A DNA stretch of 21,879 nt from Candidatus Zixiibacteriota bacterium (GCA_041742355.1 JBGSIV010000142.1:1-21879), one strand, 5' to 3'; shown: positions 7,746 to 15,908, numbered from the stretch's first letter. Program-made: numbers and translations. The notes: generated by a model not told the origin, from the letters alone.

Positions 7746-9395
7746 GTGCCCAACGCGTCCGAGGTGTTCGTCAAAGCGCTCGAGAATGAAGGGGTCAAGT
7801 TCATCTTCGGCGTTCCCGGCGAGGAGAACATCGACTTCCTCGAAGCGGTGCGTACCTCCGGGATCGAATTCGTTCTGACCCGCCATGAACAGGGAGCCGG
7901 CTTCATGGCCGATGTCTACGGCCGCCTTACGGGCAAAGCCGGCGTCTGCCTCTCGACGCTCGGTCCCGGCGCAAGCAACCTGATTACTCCGGTTGCCGAC
8001 GCCAACCTCGACCGGGCGCCGCTCGTCGCGATCACCGGTCAGGCCGACATACTGCAGGCCCACAAGGAATCCCACCAGTATATCAACGTGGTCGATATGA
8101 TGCGCCCGGTGACCAAGTGGAATACCCGGATCGAAACCCCGGATATGGTTGCCGAGGCGGTCCGCAAGGCGTTCAAAGTCGCCGAGGCCGAGAAACCGGG
8201 GGCGACTCACCTCGAACTGCCCGAGAATGTCGCCGCGCAGGAGTGCCACGCCGATAACGGTGTCTTCGAAGTCCGCAAGGTCCGCCGCCCCGCCCCCGAC
8301 TACAAGGCGGTCAACCAGGCGATCGACCTGATTAAGCGCGCCCGCAAACCGCTCATCCTCGCCGGCAACGGCGCCATACGCAAACGCGCCACCAAACAAC
8401 TGCGCACCTTCCTCGATAGGACCGGCATCGCCGTGTGCAATACCTTCATGGGCAAAGGAGCCTCCGGCCGCAAGTACCCCTATAACCTGTTCACTATCGG
8501 CCTCCAGTCGCGCGACCATGTCTCCTGTGCGATCGAGGAAGCCGACCTGATTATCGCCATCGGCTACGACATCGTCGAATATGCCCCGCAGTTCTGGAAC
8601 CCCGACGGCAAGAAGACCGTCCTGCACATCGATTTCGACCCGGCCGAGGTGGACTACTGGTACAACCCGGCGGTCGAGGTGGTGGGCGATCTCGCCAACA
8701 CGCTTTGGGAACTCAACGAGCGCGCGGATGAACTGCCCAAAGGCACGGGCGAATTCGCCCTCAAACACCGCGAGCGCATCCTCGCCGACATCCACGAATT
8801 CGACACCAGCACCGCCTTTCCGTTCAAACCGCAGAAGATCCTGCACGATGTCCGCGCTGTGCTCGGCGACGACGACATCCTCATCTCCGATGTCGGCGCA
8901 CACAAGATCTGGATCGCGCGGATGTACCTTGTCCGGCAGCCGAACACCTGCATCATCTCCAATGGTTTTGCCTCGATGGGGATCGCGCTCCCGGGCGGTA
9001 TCGCCGCCAAACTCGCCCTCCCCGATCGCAAGGTGCTGACCATCTCCGGCGACGGCGCCTTTATGATGAACGTGCAGGAACTGGAGACAGCCGTGCGCCT
9101 CGGCGTGCCGACAGTCAACATGGTCTGGGCCGACGGCACGTTTGGGCTGATCGAATGGCACCAGCAGAAGAAATTCGGCCATGCGTTCGGCACCCGGTTC
9201 GGTAATCCCGATTTTGTGAAACTGGCCGAATCATTCGGCGCGGTCGGCATGCGGATCGGGCCGGGGGAGAGCATTCAGGATGTTTTACAGGAAGCGTTCA
9301 AGGCCGACCGCCCGGTGGTAATCGACTGCCCGGTGGATTACACCGAGAACATCCGTCTCACGCAACGGTTGGGCAGCCTTGTGTGCCCGGTGTAG
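7746..9395 (+). CDS. ThDP-dependent enzyme, acetolactate synthase large subunit-like; resembles the cyanobacterial 2-oxoglutarate decarboxylase group
   Basis: SD AAAGGAG then GTG at 7746; IFGVPGEEN, RHEQGAGFMADVYGRLTGKAGVCLSTLGPG, ThDP motif GDGAFMMN, C-terminus IDCPVDYTENIRLTQRLGSLVCPV; no ilvN/ilvH or ilvC nearby. Confidence 0.9.
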   Translation: MPNASEVFVKALENEGVKFIFGVPGEENIDFLEAVRTSGIEFVLTRHEQGAGFMADVYGRLTGKAGVCLSTLGPGASNLITPVADANLDRAPLVAITGQADILQAHKESHQYINVVDMMRPVTKWNTRIETPDMVAEAVRKAFKVAEAEKPGATHLELPENVAAQECHADNGVFEVRKVRRPAPDYKAVNQAIDLIKRARKPLILAGNGAIRKRATKQLRTFLDRTGIAVCNTFMGKGASGRKYPYNLFTIGLQSRDHVSCAIEEADLIIAIGYDIVEYAPQFWNPDGKKTVLHIDFDPAEVDYWYNPAVEVVGDLANTLWELNERADELPKGTGEFALKHRERILADIHEFDTSTAFPFKPQKILHDVRAVLGDDDILISDVGAHKIWIARMYLVRQPNTCIISNGFASMGIALPGGIAAKLALPDRKVLTISGDGAFMMNVQELETAVRLGVPTVNMVWADGTFGLIEWHQQKKFGHAFGTRFGNPDFVKLAESFGAVGMRIGPGESIQDVLQEAFKADRPVVIDCPVDYTENIRLTQRLGSLVCPV

Positions 9396-9436
9396 GATGG
9401 GTCCGCAATGAGAGAGGGGAGACCATAACAGAGTAC

Positions 9437-9559
9437 CCCACAGCTTTCTGTGGGATCGGCAGTAGGATCGAGTACCGGGTCGCCCACAGATTGCTGTGGG
9501 ATCGGTGACAGACACGACCGGGTCGCCCACAGCTTGCTGTGGGATCGGTGACAGACACG
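9437..9559. repeat. REP-like family A: three CCCACAG-N4-CTGTGGG hairpins, two inside a 43-bp tandem duplication
   Basis: Hairpins at 9437-9454, 9483-9500 and 9526-9543; units 9474-9516 and 9517-9559 differ at one loop base. Confidence 0.9.
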
Positions 9560-9575
9560 ACTAGCGCAGGAACGA

Positions 9576-9603
9576 GCAGGGCAGGAGTCCCCAAACTCCT
9601 GCC
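9576..9603 (+). repeat. REP-like hairpin B
   Basis: GCAG followed by GGCAGGAGT-ccccaa-ACTCCTGCC (perfect 9-bp stem). Confidence 0.65.
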
Positions 9604-9605
9604 AC

Positions 9606-9635
9606 CGTCACCCTGAGCGGAGTCGAAGGGTGACG
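9606..9635. repeat. REP-like hairpin C (GTCACCCTGAGC...GTCGAAGGGTGAC type)
   Basis: CGTCACCCT-gagcggagtcga-AGGGTGACG; matches a widespread bacterial extragenic palindrome that I recall occurring near small GIY-YIG nuclease genes. Confidence 0.7.
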
Positions 9636-9640
9636 AAGCG

Positions 9641-9785
9641 GCAGGTCAAATACGGCACTGGGTGTTTGACTGAGACGAGGTTGGATTGACCCTGTCAAGC
9701 ACCGAGACCGGTGCTTGACCTACCAATGATTCGTGTATCGTTGATACATTCCGGGGTAGGTCAAACACGGCTCTGCGTGTTTGAC
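9641..9785. repeat. REP-like family D: three G(T/C)AG-GTCAA...TTGAC elements in alternating orientation
   Basis: GCAGGTCAAATAC..GTGTTTGAC (9641-9670, +), GTCAAGCACCG..CGGTGCTTGAC-CTAC (9694-9723, -), GTAGGTCAAACACG..CGTGTTTGAC (9756-9785, +); both + copies are followed by nGAGACG. Confidence 0.85.
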
Positions 9786-9815
9786 GGAGACGTGATGGTT
9801 CGGAGATAAGCGGAT

Positions 9816-9895
9816 GGGCGGAGACAAGTCCTGCCCCTGCGCGAAGAGAAGGCTTGTGATCATCGCGTAGGGGGCGGCCTTGCGTCGCCCCTACG
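9816..9895. repeat. REP-like family E: inverted pair of G(T/C)AGGGG elements
   Basis: GGGCGGAGACAAGTCCTGCCCCTGC (9816-9840, -) and CGTAGGGGGCGGCCTTGCGTCGCCCCTACG (9866-9895, +). Confidence 0.75.
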
Positions 9896-9929
9896 GAGTG
9901 ACAGAATCAGAAGGTTTGCTCAGATAAAC

Positions 9930-10048
9930 GTCAGGACCATAAAGGTCCTGACCTACATCAGGAACTCATAGATGACCTTCATCCTGTAGGTCAGGACCCT
10001 TGCGGTCCTGACACGGATACGATGACGTCAGAACTCTCGTGGCCTGAC
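9930..10048. repeat. REP-like family F: GTAG-GTCAGGACC-N5-GGTCCTGAC, two intact inverted copies and one decayed copy
   Basis: GTCAGGACC-ataaa-GGTCCTGAC-CTAC (9930-9956, -), GTAG-GTCAGGACC-cttgc-GGTCCTGAC (9986-10012, +), GTCAGAACTCTCGTGGCCTGAC (10027-10048). Confidence 0.85.
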
Positions 10049-10112
10049 ATTGATTTTATGGCGTATCGCCCTGCACGAAAGCAAATATAAGACTCATAGA
10101 TCGGAGCGCCCT

Positions 10113-11543
10113 ATGGCCAAAAACTGGAAAATGTATCTCGGCGGCGAATGGATCGACCGCAAGGAGAGGATCGACGTTCTCAACCCGTTCGATGACTCCC
10201 TCGTCGGCCGCGTGCCGTCGGCCGCCCCCGAGGACTACACCAAGGCGATCGAAATCGCCGACAAGACCTTTGCGATCACCCGCGAACTGCCGTCGTACAA
10301 GCGGGCCGAGGCGTGCCTCGCGGTGGCGAAAGGAATCGAGAAGGACATTGAAAAATTCACGCAGATGATGTCGATGGAACTCGGCAAGGCGTACAAAGAC
10401 GCCAAGGGAGAGGTGAAACGGGCGATCGGCGTGTTCACCGTGGCGGCCGAGGAATCCAAGCGCATCGGCGGTGAAATCATGGACCTCGACTGGGCCCCCG
10501 GCGGCGAAGAACGCGTCGGCCTCGTGCGGCGTTTCCCCAAGGGGGTGGTGGCCGGGATCTCGCCATTCAACTTTCCGCTCAATCTCGTTGCCCACAAAGT
10601 CGCCCCGGCGATGGCCGCCGGCAATTGCATCGTCCTCAAACCGGCAAGCAAAACCCCGATCATCGCCCTCATGTTGGCCGAGGTGATCGACAAGACCGAC
10701 TACCCCAAGGGGGGCGTCTCGGTCCTGCCCGGATCATCCAAAGCGTCCGCGCCGCTCCTTGAGGATCCGCGCGTGAAGCTCATCACCTTCACCGGATCGT
10801 CCCAGGTCGGCTGGTGGATCAAGAAGCATGCTTCCAATAAGGAAGTCGTCCTCGAACTCGGCGGCAACGCCGGGGTCGCTATTGCCGATGACGCCGACAT
10901 CAAGTACGCTGTCGACCGCCTCGCCTACGGCGCTTTCGCGGTCGCCGGGCAGTCGTGCATCTCGGTCCAGCGCATCTATGTCCACGAAGACGTCTACGAC
11001 GAGTTCATCCGCCTCTTCAAAGCCCGCGTCAAGCAGCTCAAGGTCGGCAACCCGCTTGATCCGGATGTTGACATGGGGATGATGGTCGACAAGCCATCAG
11101 TTCAGGGAACGCTCGACAACATTAAGAGCGCGGTCGCCGCAGGCGCCAAACTCATTACCGGCGGCAAGCCGCTTTTCGACGGTCGCACGCTCGAGCCGAC
11201 TCTGCTCGAGAACGTCAAATCGAGCATGGACGTCTGCTCAAAAGAGGCGTTTGCCCCGCTGGCCGTCGTCCTGAAGTACCGCGACTGGCGCAAAGCGATC
11301 GACGAGATCAACAACTCCGAGTACGGTCTGCAGGCCGGGATCTTCACCAACCGCATCAAGGACATCTGGTACGCTTTCGAGCGTATCGAAGCCGGCGGGA
11401 TTGTCGTCAACGATATCCCGACCTACCGCGCCGACCACCAGCCCTACGGCGGCATGAAGAACTCCGGGGTCGGCCGCGAGGGTGTGAAGTATGCCATTAT
11501 GGATCAGACCGATGTCAAGATCCTGTCGATGAATCTGAAGTAA
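10113..11543 (+). CDS. Aldehyde dehydrogenase, ALDH21/lactaldehyde-dehydrogenase-like group
   Basis: ISPFNFPLNLVAHKVAPA, LKPASKTP, FTGS, LELGGN (catalytic Glu), AGQSCISVQR (catalytic Cys), EAFAP, PYGGMKNSGVGREG; GGAG SD before ATG at 10113. Confidence 0.93.
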   Translation: MAKNWKMYLGGEWIDRKERIDVLNPFDDSLVGRVPSAAPEDYTKAIEIADKTFAITRELPSYKRAEACLAVAKGIEKDIEKFTQMMSMELGKAYKDAKGEVKRAIGVFTVAAEESKRIGGEIMDLDWAPGGEERVGLVRRFPKGVVAGISPFNFPLNLVAHKVAPAMAAGNCIVLKPASKTPIIALMLAEVIDKTDYPKGGVSVLPGSSKASAPLLEDPRVKLITFTGSSQVGWWIKKHASNKEVVLELGGNAGVAIADDADIKYAVDRLAYGAFAVAGQSCISVQRIYVHEDVYDEFIRLFKARVKQLKVGNPLDPDVDMGMMVDKPSVQGTLDNIKSAVAAGAKLITGGKPLFDGRTLEPTLLENVKSSMDVCSKEAFAPLAVVLKYRDWRKAIDEINNSEYGLQAGIFTNRIKDIWYAFERIEAGGIVVNDIPTYRADHQPYGGMKNSGVGREGVKYAIMDQTDVKILSMNLK

Positions 11544-11565
11544 CTCTCCGCCCGGTCCAAATCCT

Positions 11566-11606
11566 GCGCCGCCGGCCCCATTCGTGGCGGCGGCGTTTGT
11601 CCTTCT
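11566..11606 (+). terminator. Probable intrinsic terminator after the ALDH gene
   Basis: GCGCCGCCG (11566-11574) pairs with CGGCGGCGT (11588-11596), inner CCA-TTCG-TGG, followed by TTGTCCTTCT. Confidence 0.55.
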
Positions 11607-11753
11607 AGTGGCGCCCGGCTCACCCCCATTAATCTCTCCGGAGGGTTGCGCTGTCATACTTTCGAGCAGCAGCCTTTCGCAGCCCTCTCGCCGGAGGCGA
11701 AGCCCTCTGGTCCCTCATACCGGCCGGGTACGTGACTGCCCGGCCGGATTTCT

Positions 11754-11782
11754 TTGCTGACTCCGGCGATTCTGCGTATCAT
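11754..11782 (+). promoter_or_regulatory. Putative sigma-70 promoter, leaderless configuration
   Basis: TTGCTG, 17 nt, TATCAT, then 7 nt to ATG at 11790; no SD. Confidence 0.55.
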
Positions 11783-11789
11783 CTGACGT

Positions 11790-12155
11790 ATGCATATCAA
11801 AATCATCAAACCCCACCATCCGGAACCGGCCGCCACGCGCGAACTGGAGTCCGGACAACGTCTCAAATTCGAACGCCGACCCACCGAATGGGAGGGATGG
11901 CTCTGGTGCGAAGCGGACAATGGCTACGCCTGCTGGATTCCCGAAAACTGGGTGACCATCACGCAGGATCCCGGAGCCTCCGGCGGCTCGGGCTGGTGTT
12001 TCCTCAAGCGTGATTACGACCCGGTAGAACTCAAGGTCGACCCCGGCGATGAACTGGAGGTCAGATTCGAGGAGTCCGGCTGGGTCTGGGGACGGGTGCC
12101 CGATGGCCGCAAGGGCTGGGTGCCGGCGGAGTGCGTCGAACCGACGGACAGATGA
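11790..12155 (+). CDS. Small tandem SH3-domain protein
   Basis: Two SH3-like units: WEGWLWC...WIPENWV and RDYDPVELKVDPGDELEV..EESGWVWG..DGRKGWVPAECV. Confidence 0.85.
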   Translation: MHIKIIKPHHPEPAATRELESGQRLKFERRPTEWEGWLWCEADNGYACWIPENWVTITQDPGASGGSGWCFLKRDYDPVELKVDPGDELEVRFEESGWVWGRVPDGRKGWVPAECVEPTDR

Positions 12156-12278
12156 CTACTGATTCGGTTGATCGCATCGCATCTAAGATCTGGCATCTTT
12201 CAGCCCGCCTTGCACCTGCAGCCTCTGTCAGCCCCAAATGTCGATAAGGATCGTGTACAACCACGTCCCAATTTTGTC

Positions 12279-12307
12279 TTGACCGGGAAGATCGTATCCG
12301 CCATACT
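12279..12307 (+). promoter_or_regulatory. Putative sigma-70 promoter for the protease gene
   Basis: TTGACC (12279-12284), 17 nt, CATACT (12302-12307). Confidence 0.5.
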
Positions 12308-12384
12308 AATCGCAACAGGGCGATCAGTGTCTTCGCAAATAGCTTAGGGTGTGGTCTGCTTCACCCGGGAAGGATGTGTAGGGT

Positions 12385-13563
12385 ATGCGGATTTCAATCT
12401 TCCATCGCGTTGCCGTTGCTGTTCTGGTCTTGGCGAGCATGTCTCCCAGTCTGCGCGCCGAGCTTTCCTATGGATCCGGCTTCGTTGTGTCCAGCGAGGG
12501 CTGGTTTGTCACATGCCACCACGTGGTCGATGGGGCCAATTCCATCCTCATTCAAATGGCCGGACGGGACATCCCTGCCCGAATAGTCGCTGTTGACAGG
12601 GACAGGGACATCGCTTTGCTGCGTGCAAGCGTTACAGGGCTGACCCCTCTGCCTCTGGCAGCGCCTTCTGCTGTGAGGGAGGGAGAGGAAGTGTTCGCCT
12701 ATGGGTATCCATTGCCGACGATCACAAATTCTCTTCAGGTTTCCGTCGGAGTTGTCAAGGGGGTGGAATTCCTGCAGCTTGGAGATGGTGACGGCAGCTT
12801 TCAGTCGGTAATGACGGATGCTGCTATCAACCCTGGCAATAGCGGCGGCCCTTTGGTAAACGTGTACGGCGAAGTCGTGGGTATTGTGAACTCAAAGATC
12901 GTCCATCCTGAGATTGATGGCATGGGATTTGCCACTCACGTGATCTATGCTCGAAAAACCGCGGCAAACGAGAGCATCATCGTAACAGAACCTGCTGCCG
13001 ACCACGCCTATATTCCAGGAGCAGAGCGATTCGATCTCATGCGGTCCTCTGTTTGCCGTGTCGTGGCAGACGTCGAAGGCCATCCTCGTGAGCGTGACGT
13101 ATGGCATGCCGCCGATGGCTTGGAGGCGCTGGCCCAGTTGTTGACCATGAACGAGATTCCGGCTTCGAACATCGCAGACCAGTACGTCTCTACAGATGTA
13201 CCGGTCGGCGAAACCTCGCAGTCCGTCAAGATCCTTTCCAAGGAGCAACCCCTCGACGACGGCGCGGCCTTCAACTGGCTCTATCTTTATACTTGGTTCA
13301 AAGTGCGTGAGAGATACCGCGGCACGGGTAAAGATGTCGACGAAATCAACCAGTGGATCAATGCCCTGAATGCAGCATCCGAATCCTGCGGATTCTACAT
13401 CGATAAGGACGGAGACCTCGTCGTTCAGAGCCAGCTTACCTTTGTTGACTCCATTGAGCAAGAGGAGATCTGCCGAGGCTTGAAGCAGTTCATTACATAC
13501 GGGGTGCTGAGCATCCTGTCCACAAACGTTGAGAGTGCCAGGAAATTCCTCGAAGTGGACTAG
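12385..13563 (+). CDS. Secreted trypsin-like (S1C/HtrA-type) serine protease without PDZ, with a YbjN-like C-terminal domain
   Basis: Signal peptide; GSGFVV, TCHHVV (His), DIALL (Asp), DAAINPGNSGGPL (Ser); C-terminal INALN...FYIDKDGDLVVQSQL pattern resembles the YbjN fold. Confidence 0.85.
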   Translation: MRISIFHRVAVAVLVLASMSPSLRAELSYGSGFVVSSEGWFVTCHHVVDGANSILIQMAGRDIPARIVAVDRDRDIALLRASVTGLTPLPLAAPSAVREGEEVFAYGYPLPTITNSLQVSVGVVKGVEFLQLGDGDGSFQSVMTDAAINPGNSGGPLVNVYGEVVGIVNSKIVHPEIDGMGFATHVIYARKTAANESIIVTEPAADHAYIPGAERFDLMRSSVCRVVADVEGHPRERDVWHAADGLEALAQLLTMNEIPASNIADQYVSTDVPVGETSQSVKILSKEQPLDDGAAFNWLYLYTWFKVRERYRGTGKDVDEINQWINALNAASESCGFYIDKDGDLVVQSQLTFVDSIEQEEICRGLKQFITYGVLSILSTNVESARKFLEVD

Positions 13564-13720
13564 AGAACTCACGAGAGGTGCACCTTCGGCTTCTCAACGC
13601 GAGGCACCACTTCCTGACGCCCTTTGCGCCATAGTCTTAAGCAGTCGTGAGGACGACTCCATACGTGGGACTGGTTCCACGAGAGTGCCACTCCCAAAAC
13701 GGAATTCAACGGATTGAAAC

Positions 13721-14755
13721 TCAGGGGTGAAAACGGGCGAACTGCTTTAGCGCCTCCACTTCAATCGACCACTCGTACCCTTCGCCGGTCTTCTCGTATC
13801 CCATCGCCCGGTTGACCGTCAGAATCGGCTCGTTCACACTCCGCATCTCAGTGACAATGTACCGGCTCTCGGGGAAATCAAGCCCCGTCTGCACAAAGAG
13901 CGCCGCCTTGAGCCACTTGGACAACCCCCGGCCTCGCCATGGACGCGCGACCCCCGTCATCGCCTGATGCCACTCAACCGGCGGATACGTCGGCGTCTGC
14001 AGATTCGAGTGCCCGATCATCTGCCCGTTTGAATCGAACAACGCCGCCGTGTAGAGGAATTGGCGGTTCTTCCGCCGGAACTCCTTCAGCCGACCGACTT
14101 CCTCGCGGGTCATCGCAAACGGCATGGATGGTCCCCCTTCGTTCGGCATGTCCTCCGTGAACTGCCGGAACGTCGTGAGCCAGGCATCGATGTGCTCATC
14201 GGGTAGCTCGTCGAACACATCCATCCGGAGTTCGGGAAACCGCTCCGGGTACTCGGCCAGCCACTGCTCGATCAACGCGCGATTGGCGCGCTCCCGATCG
14301 AGCCGGTATCGCACCATCCGGCTGAGGATCGTTCCTCCCCAGGCCTGCCGCAGGCAATCCAGGTGCGTCTCGGGGCTCATCGCATGGACAACCTCACACC
14401 CCTCCTCGGCTAGAACTCCCACCAGTTTCGCCGCTATCTGAGGCGCGACCTGCGTCACATCAAGTTCAGGCTCAAAACTGAAGTTAAGAACGGCAACACC
14501 GCGGCCGTCAGGCGTCTTCCCGCGCGGAACCAATACCACCCAACCTGTCGGCCGCTCCCCCTCGAACAGGACCCACTGGCGAAACCCGTCGCGGGCTCCG
14601 ACCCTCCCCATCACCCGCGCCTTCAGCGCCTCCCAGTTTGCCGGCGGCGGATTCCCCAGCCCCCGGGCTCGCAGCGCCACCAACAGCGCGTAGAACCGCT
14701 CCCAGTGCGACTCCGAGAACTCCGGATGATCAACTGACCGTAACGAATACTCCAT
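13721..14755 (-). CDS. GNAT-family N-acetyltransferase, two-domain (copy A)
   Basis: Acetyl-CoA motif A TGVARPWRGRGLSKWLK and NEPILTVNRAMGY; paralogue of the adjacent gene. Confidence 0.85.
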   Translation of the reverse strand: MEYSLRSVDHPEFSESHWERFYALLVALRARGLGNPPPANWEALKARVMGRVGARDGFRQWVLFEGERPTGWVVLVPRGKTPDGRGVAVLNFSFEPELDVTQVAPQIAAKLVGVLAEEGCEVVHAMSPETHLDCLRQAWGGTILSRMVRYRLDRERANRALIEQWLAEYPERFPELRMDVFDELPDEHIDAWLTTFRQFTEDMPNEGGPSMPFAMTREEVGRLKEFRRKNRQFLYTAALFDSNGQMIGHSNLQTPTYPPVEWHQAMTGVARPWRGRGLSKWLKAALFVQTGLDFPESRYIVTEMRSVNEPILTVNRAMGYEKTGEGYEWSIEVEALKQFARFHP

Positions 14756-14799
14756 GATGCCCTCACACGACAGCAGCTTGCTTGCCTAACAATGCATCC

Positions 14800-15822
14800 T
14801 CAGCCGATCACCTGGGTCAGCGCCTCCAGATCGATCGACCACTCGTATCCCTCGCTGATTTGCTCAAACCCCATCGCCCGGTTGACCGCCAGAATCGGTT
14901 CGTTCACACTCCGCATCTCAGTGACAATGTACCGGCTCTCCGGGAAATCTTCGCCCGTCCGGACAAACATGGCCGCCTTCAGCCATTTGGACAATCCCTT
15001 GCCCCGCCACGGACGGACGATGCCGGTCATCGCCTGATGCCACTCGGTCGGCGGGTAGTTGTGTGAGGCCATGTTCGAGTGGCCGATCATTCGGCCACTT
15101 CCGTCAAACAGCGCCGCTGTGTACAGGTACTGCCTGGTCTGCCGCCGAAGTGCTTCGACCTGCCGGACCTCCTCGCGGGTCATTCTGAATGGCGCCCCGG
15201 ATTGGCCTTCGCTCGGCATTTCCTCTATGAATTCCTTAAACAGCGATAGCCAGGTGGCGATGTGCTCCTCGGGGATTTCGGTATAGAACTCCAGCCGCAA
15301 CTCTGGGAACTGCGACGGAAATTCGGCCAACCAGCGTTCGATGAGGTACCGATTGGCGCGAGTCCGGTCGAGCCGGTATTTGACAATTCGGCAGAGGATC
15401 TGTCCGCCCCAGGCCCGGCGCAACCCATCGAGGCGCGCGTCGGGGCAGGCGCAATGCGCACTCGTATATCCCTGCGCACCCATGGTCTCGGCCAGCCGCG
15501 AAGCCATCGCCGCTGACGCCCGATCGATTTCAACGCCAGGCTCGAAATTGAAGTCGAAGAACGCCGTTCCCCCATCCGCTGCCTCCCCGCGTGGCTGTAC
15601 CATCTGCCACCCGACCGCTCGGTCACCGCGCCAGAGCACCCACTCGCGAAACCCGTCTCCTATCGTAATCCGCCCCATCACCCGCGCCTTCAACGCTTCC
15701 CACGTCGGCGGCGGCGGGTTGCCCAACCCCTGAGCATGCATAGCCTGAAGGAACCTGTGGAACCGCTCCCAATGCGAATCCGAGAACTCCGGATGATCAA
15801 CTGACTGTAACGAATACTCCAT
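14800..15822 (-). CDS. GNAT-family N-acetyltransferase, two-domain (copy B)
   Basis: TGIVRPWRGKGLSKWLK and NEPILAVNRAMGF; start set at 15822 (MEYSLQSVDHPEFS) by alignment with copy A and SD GAGGG. Confidence 0.85.
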   Translation of the reverse strand: MEYSLQSVDHPEFSDSHWERFHRFLQAMHAQGLGNPPPPTWEALKARVMGRITIGDGFREWVLWRGDRAVGWQMVQPRGEAADGGTAFFDFNFEPGVEIDRASAAMASRLAETMGAQGYTSAHCACPDARLDGLRRAWGGQILCRIVKYRLDRTRANRYLIERWLAEFPSQFPELRLEFYTEIPEEHIATWLSLFKEFIEEMPSEGQSGAPFRMTREEVRQVEALRRQTRQYLYTAALFDGSGRMIGHSNMASHNYPPTEWHQAMTGIVRPWRGKGLSKWLKAAMFVRTGEDFPESRYIVTEMRSVNEPILAVNRAMGFEQISEGYEWSIDLEALTQVIG

Positions 15823-15855
15823 GGCGCCCTCACACGACAGCAGCTTGCTTGCCCA

Positions 15856-15884
15856 ATTATGCACCCACATCGGGCCGCGGGCAA
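15856..15884 (-). promoter_or_regulatory. Putative sigma-70 promoter for the GNAT pair
   Basis: Minus strand TTGCCC (15884-15879), 17 nt, CATAAT (15861-15856). Confidence 0.55.
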
Positions 15885-15908
15885 ACTGATTTCTTCGCGC
15901 AAACCCGC

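Noticed and set aside
9437..9559. Possible mini-CRISPR array
   Set aside because: The sequence following the second and third hairpins is identical rather than unique, there are only three units, and no cas genes are present.
9285..9594. Short minus-strand ORFs with repeated VVSVTDPTA peptide
   Set aside because: By-product of the 43-bp DNA repeat, whose length is not a multiple of three; no coding signals.
13564..13720. Small palindromes between convergent genes (e.g. AGGTGCACCT at 13576-13585)
   Set aside because: Short stems, no repeats elsewhere in the window and no U-tail; consistent with chance.
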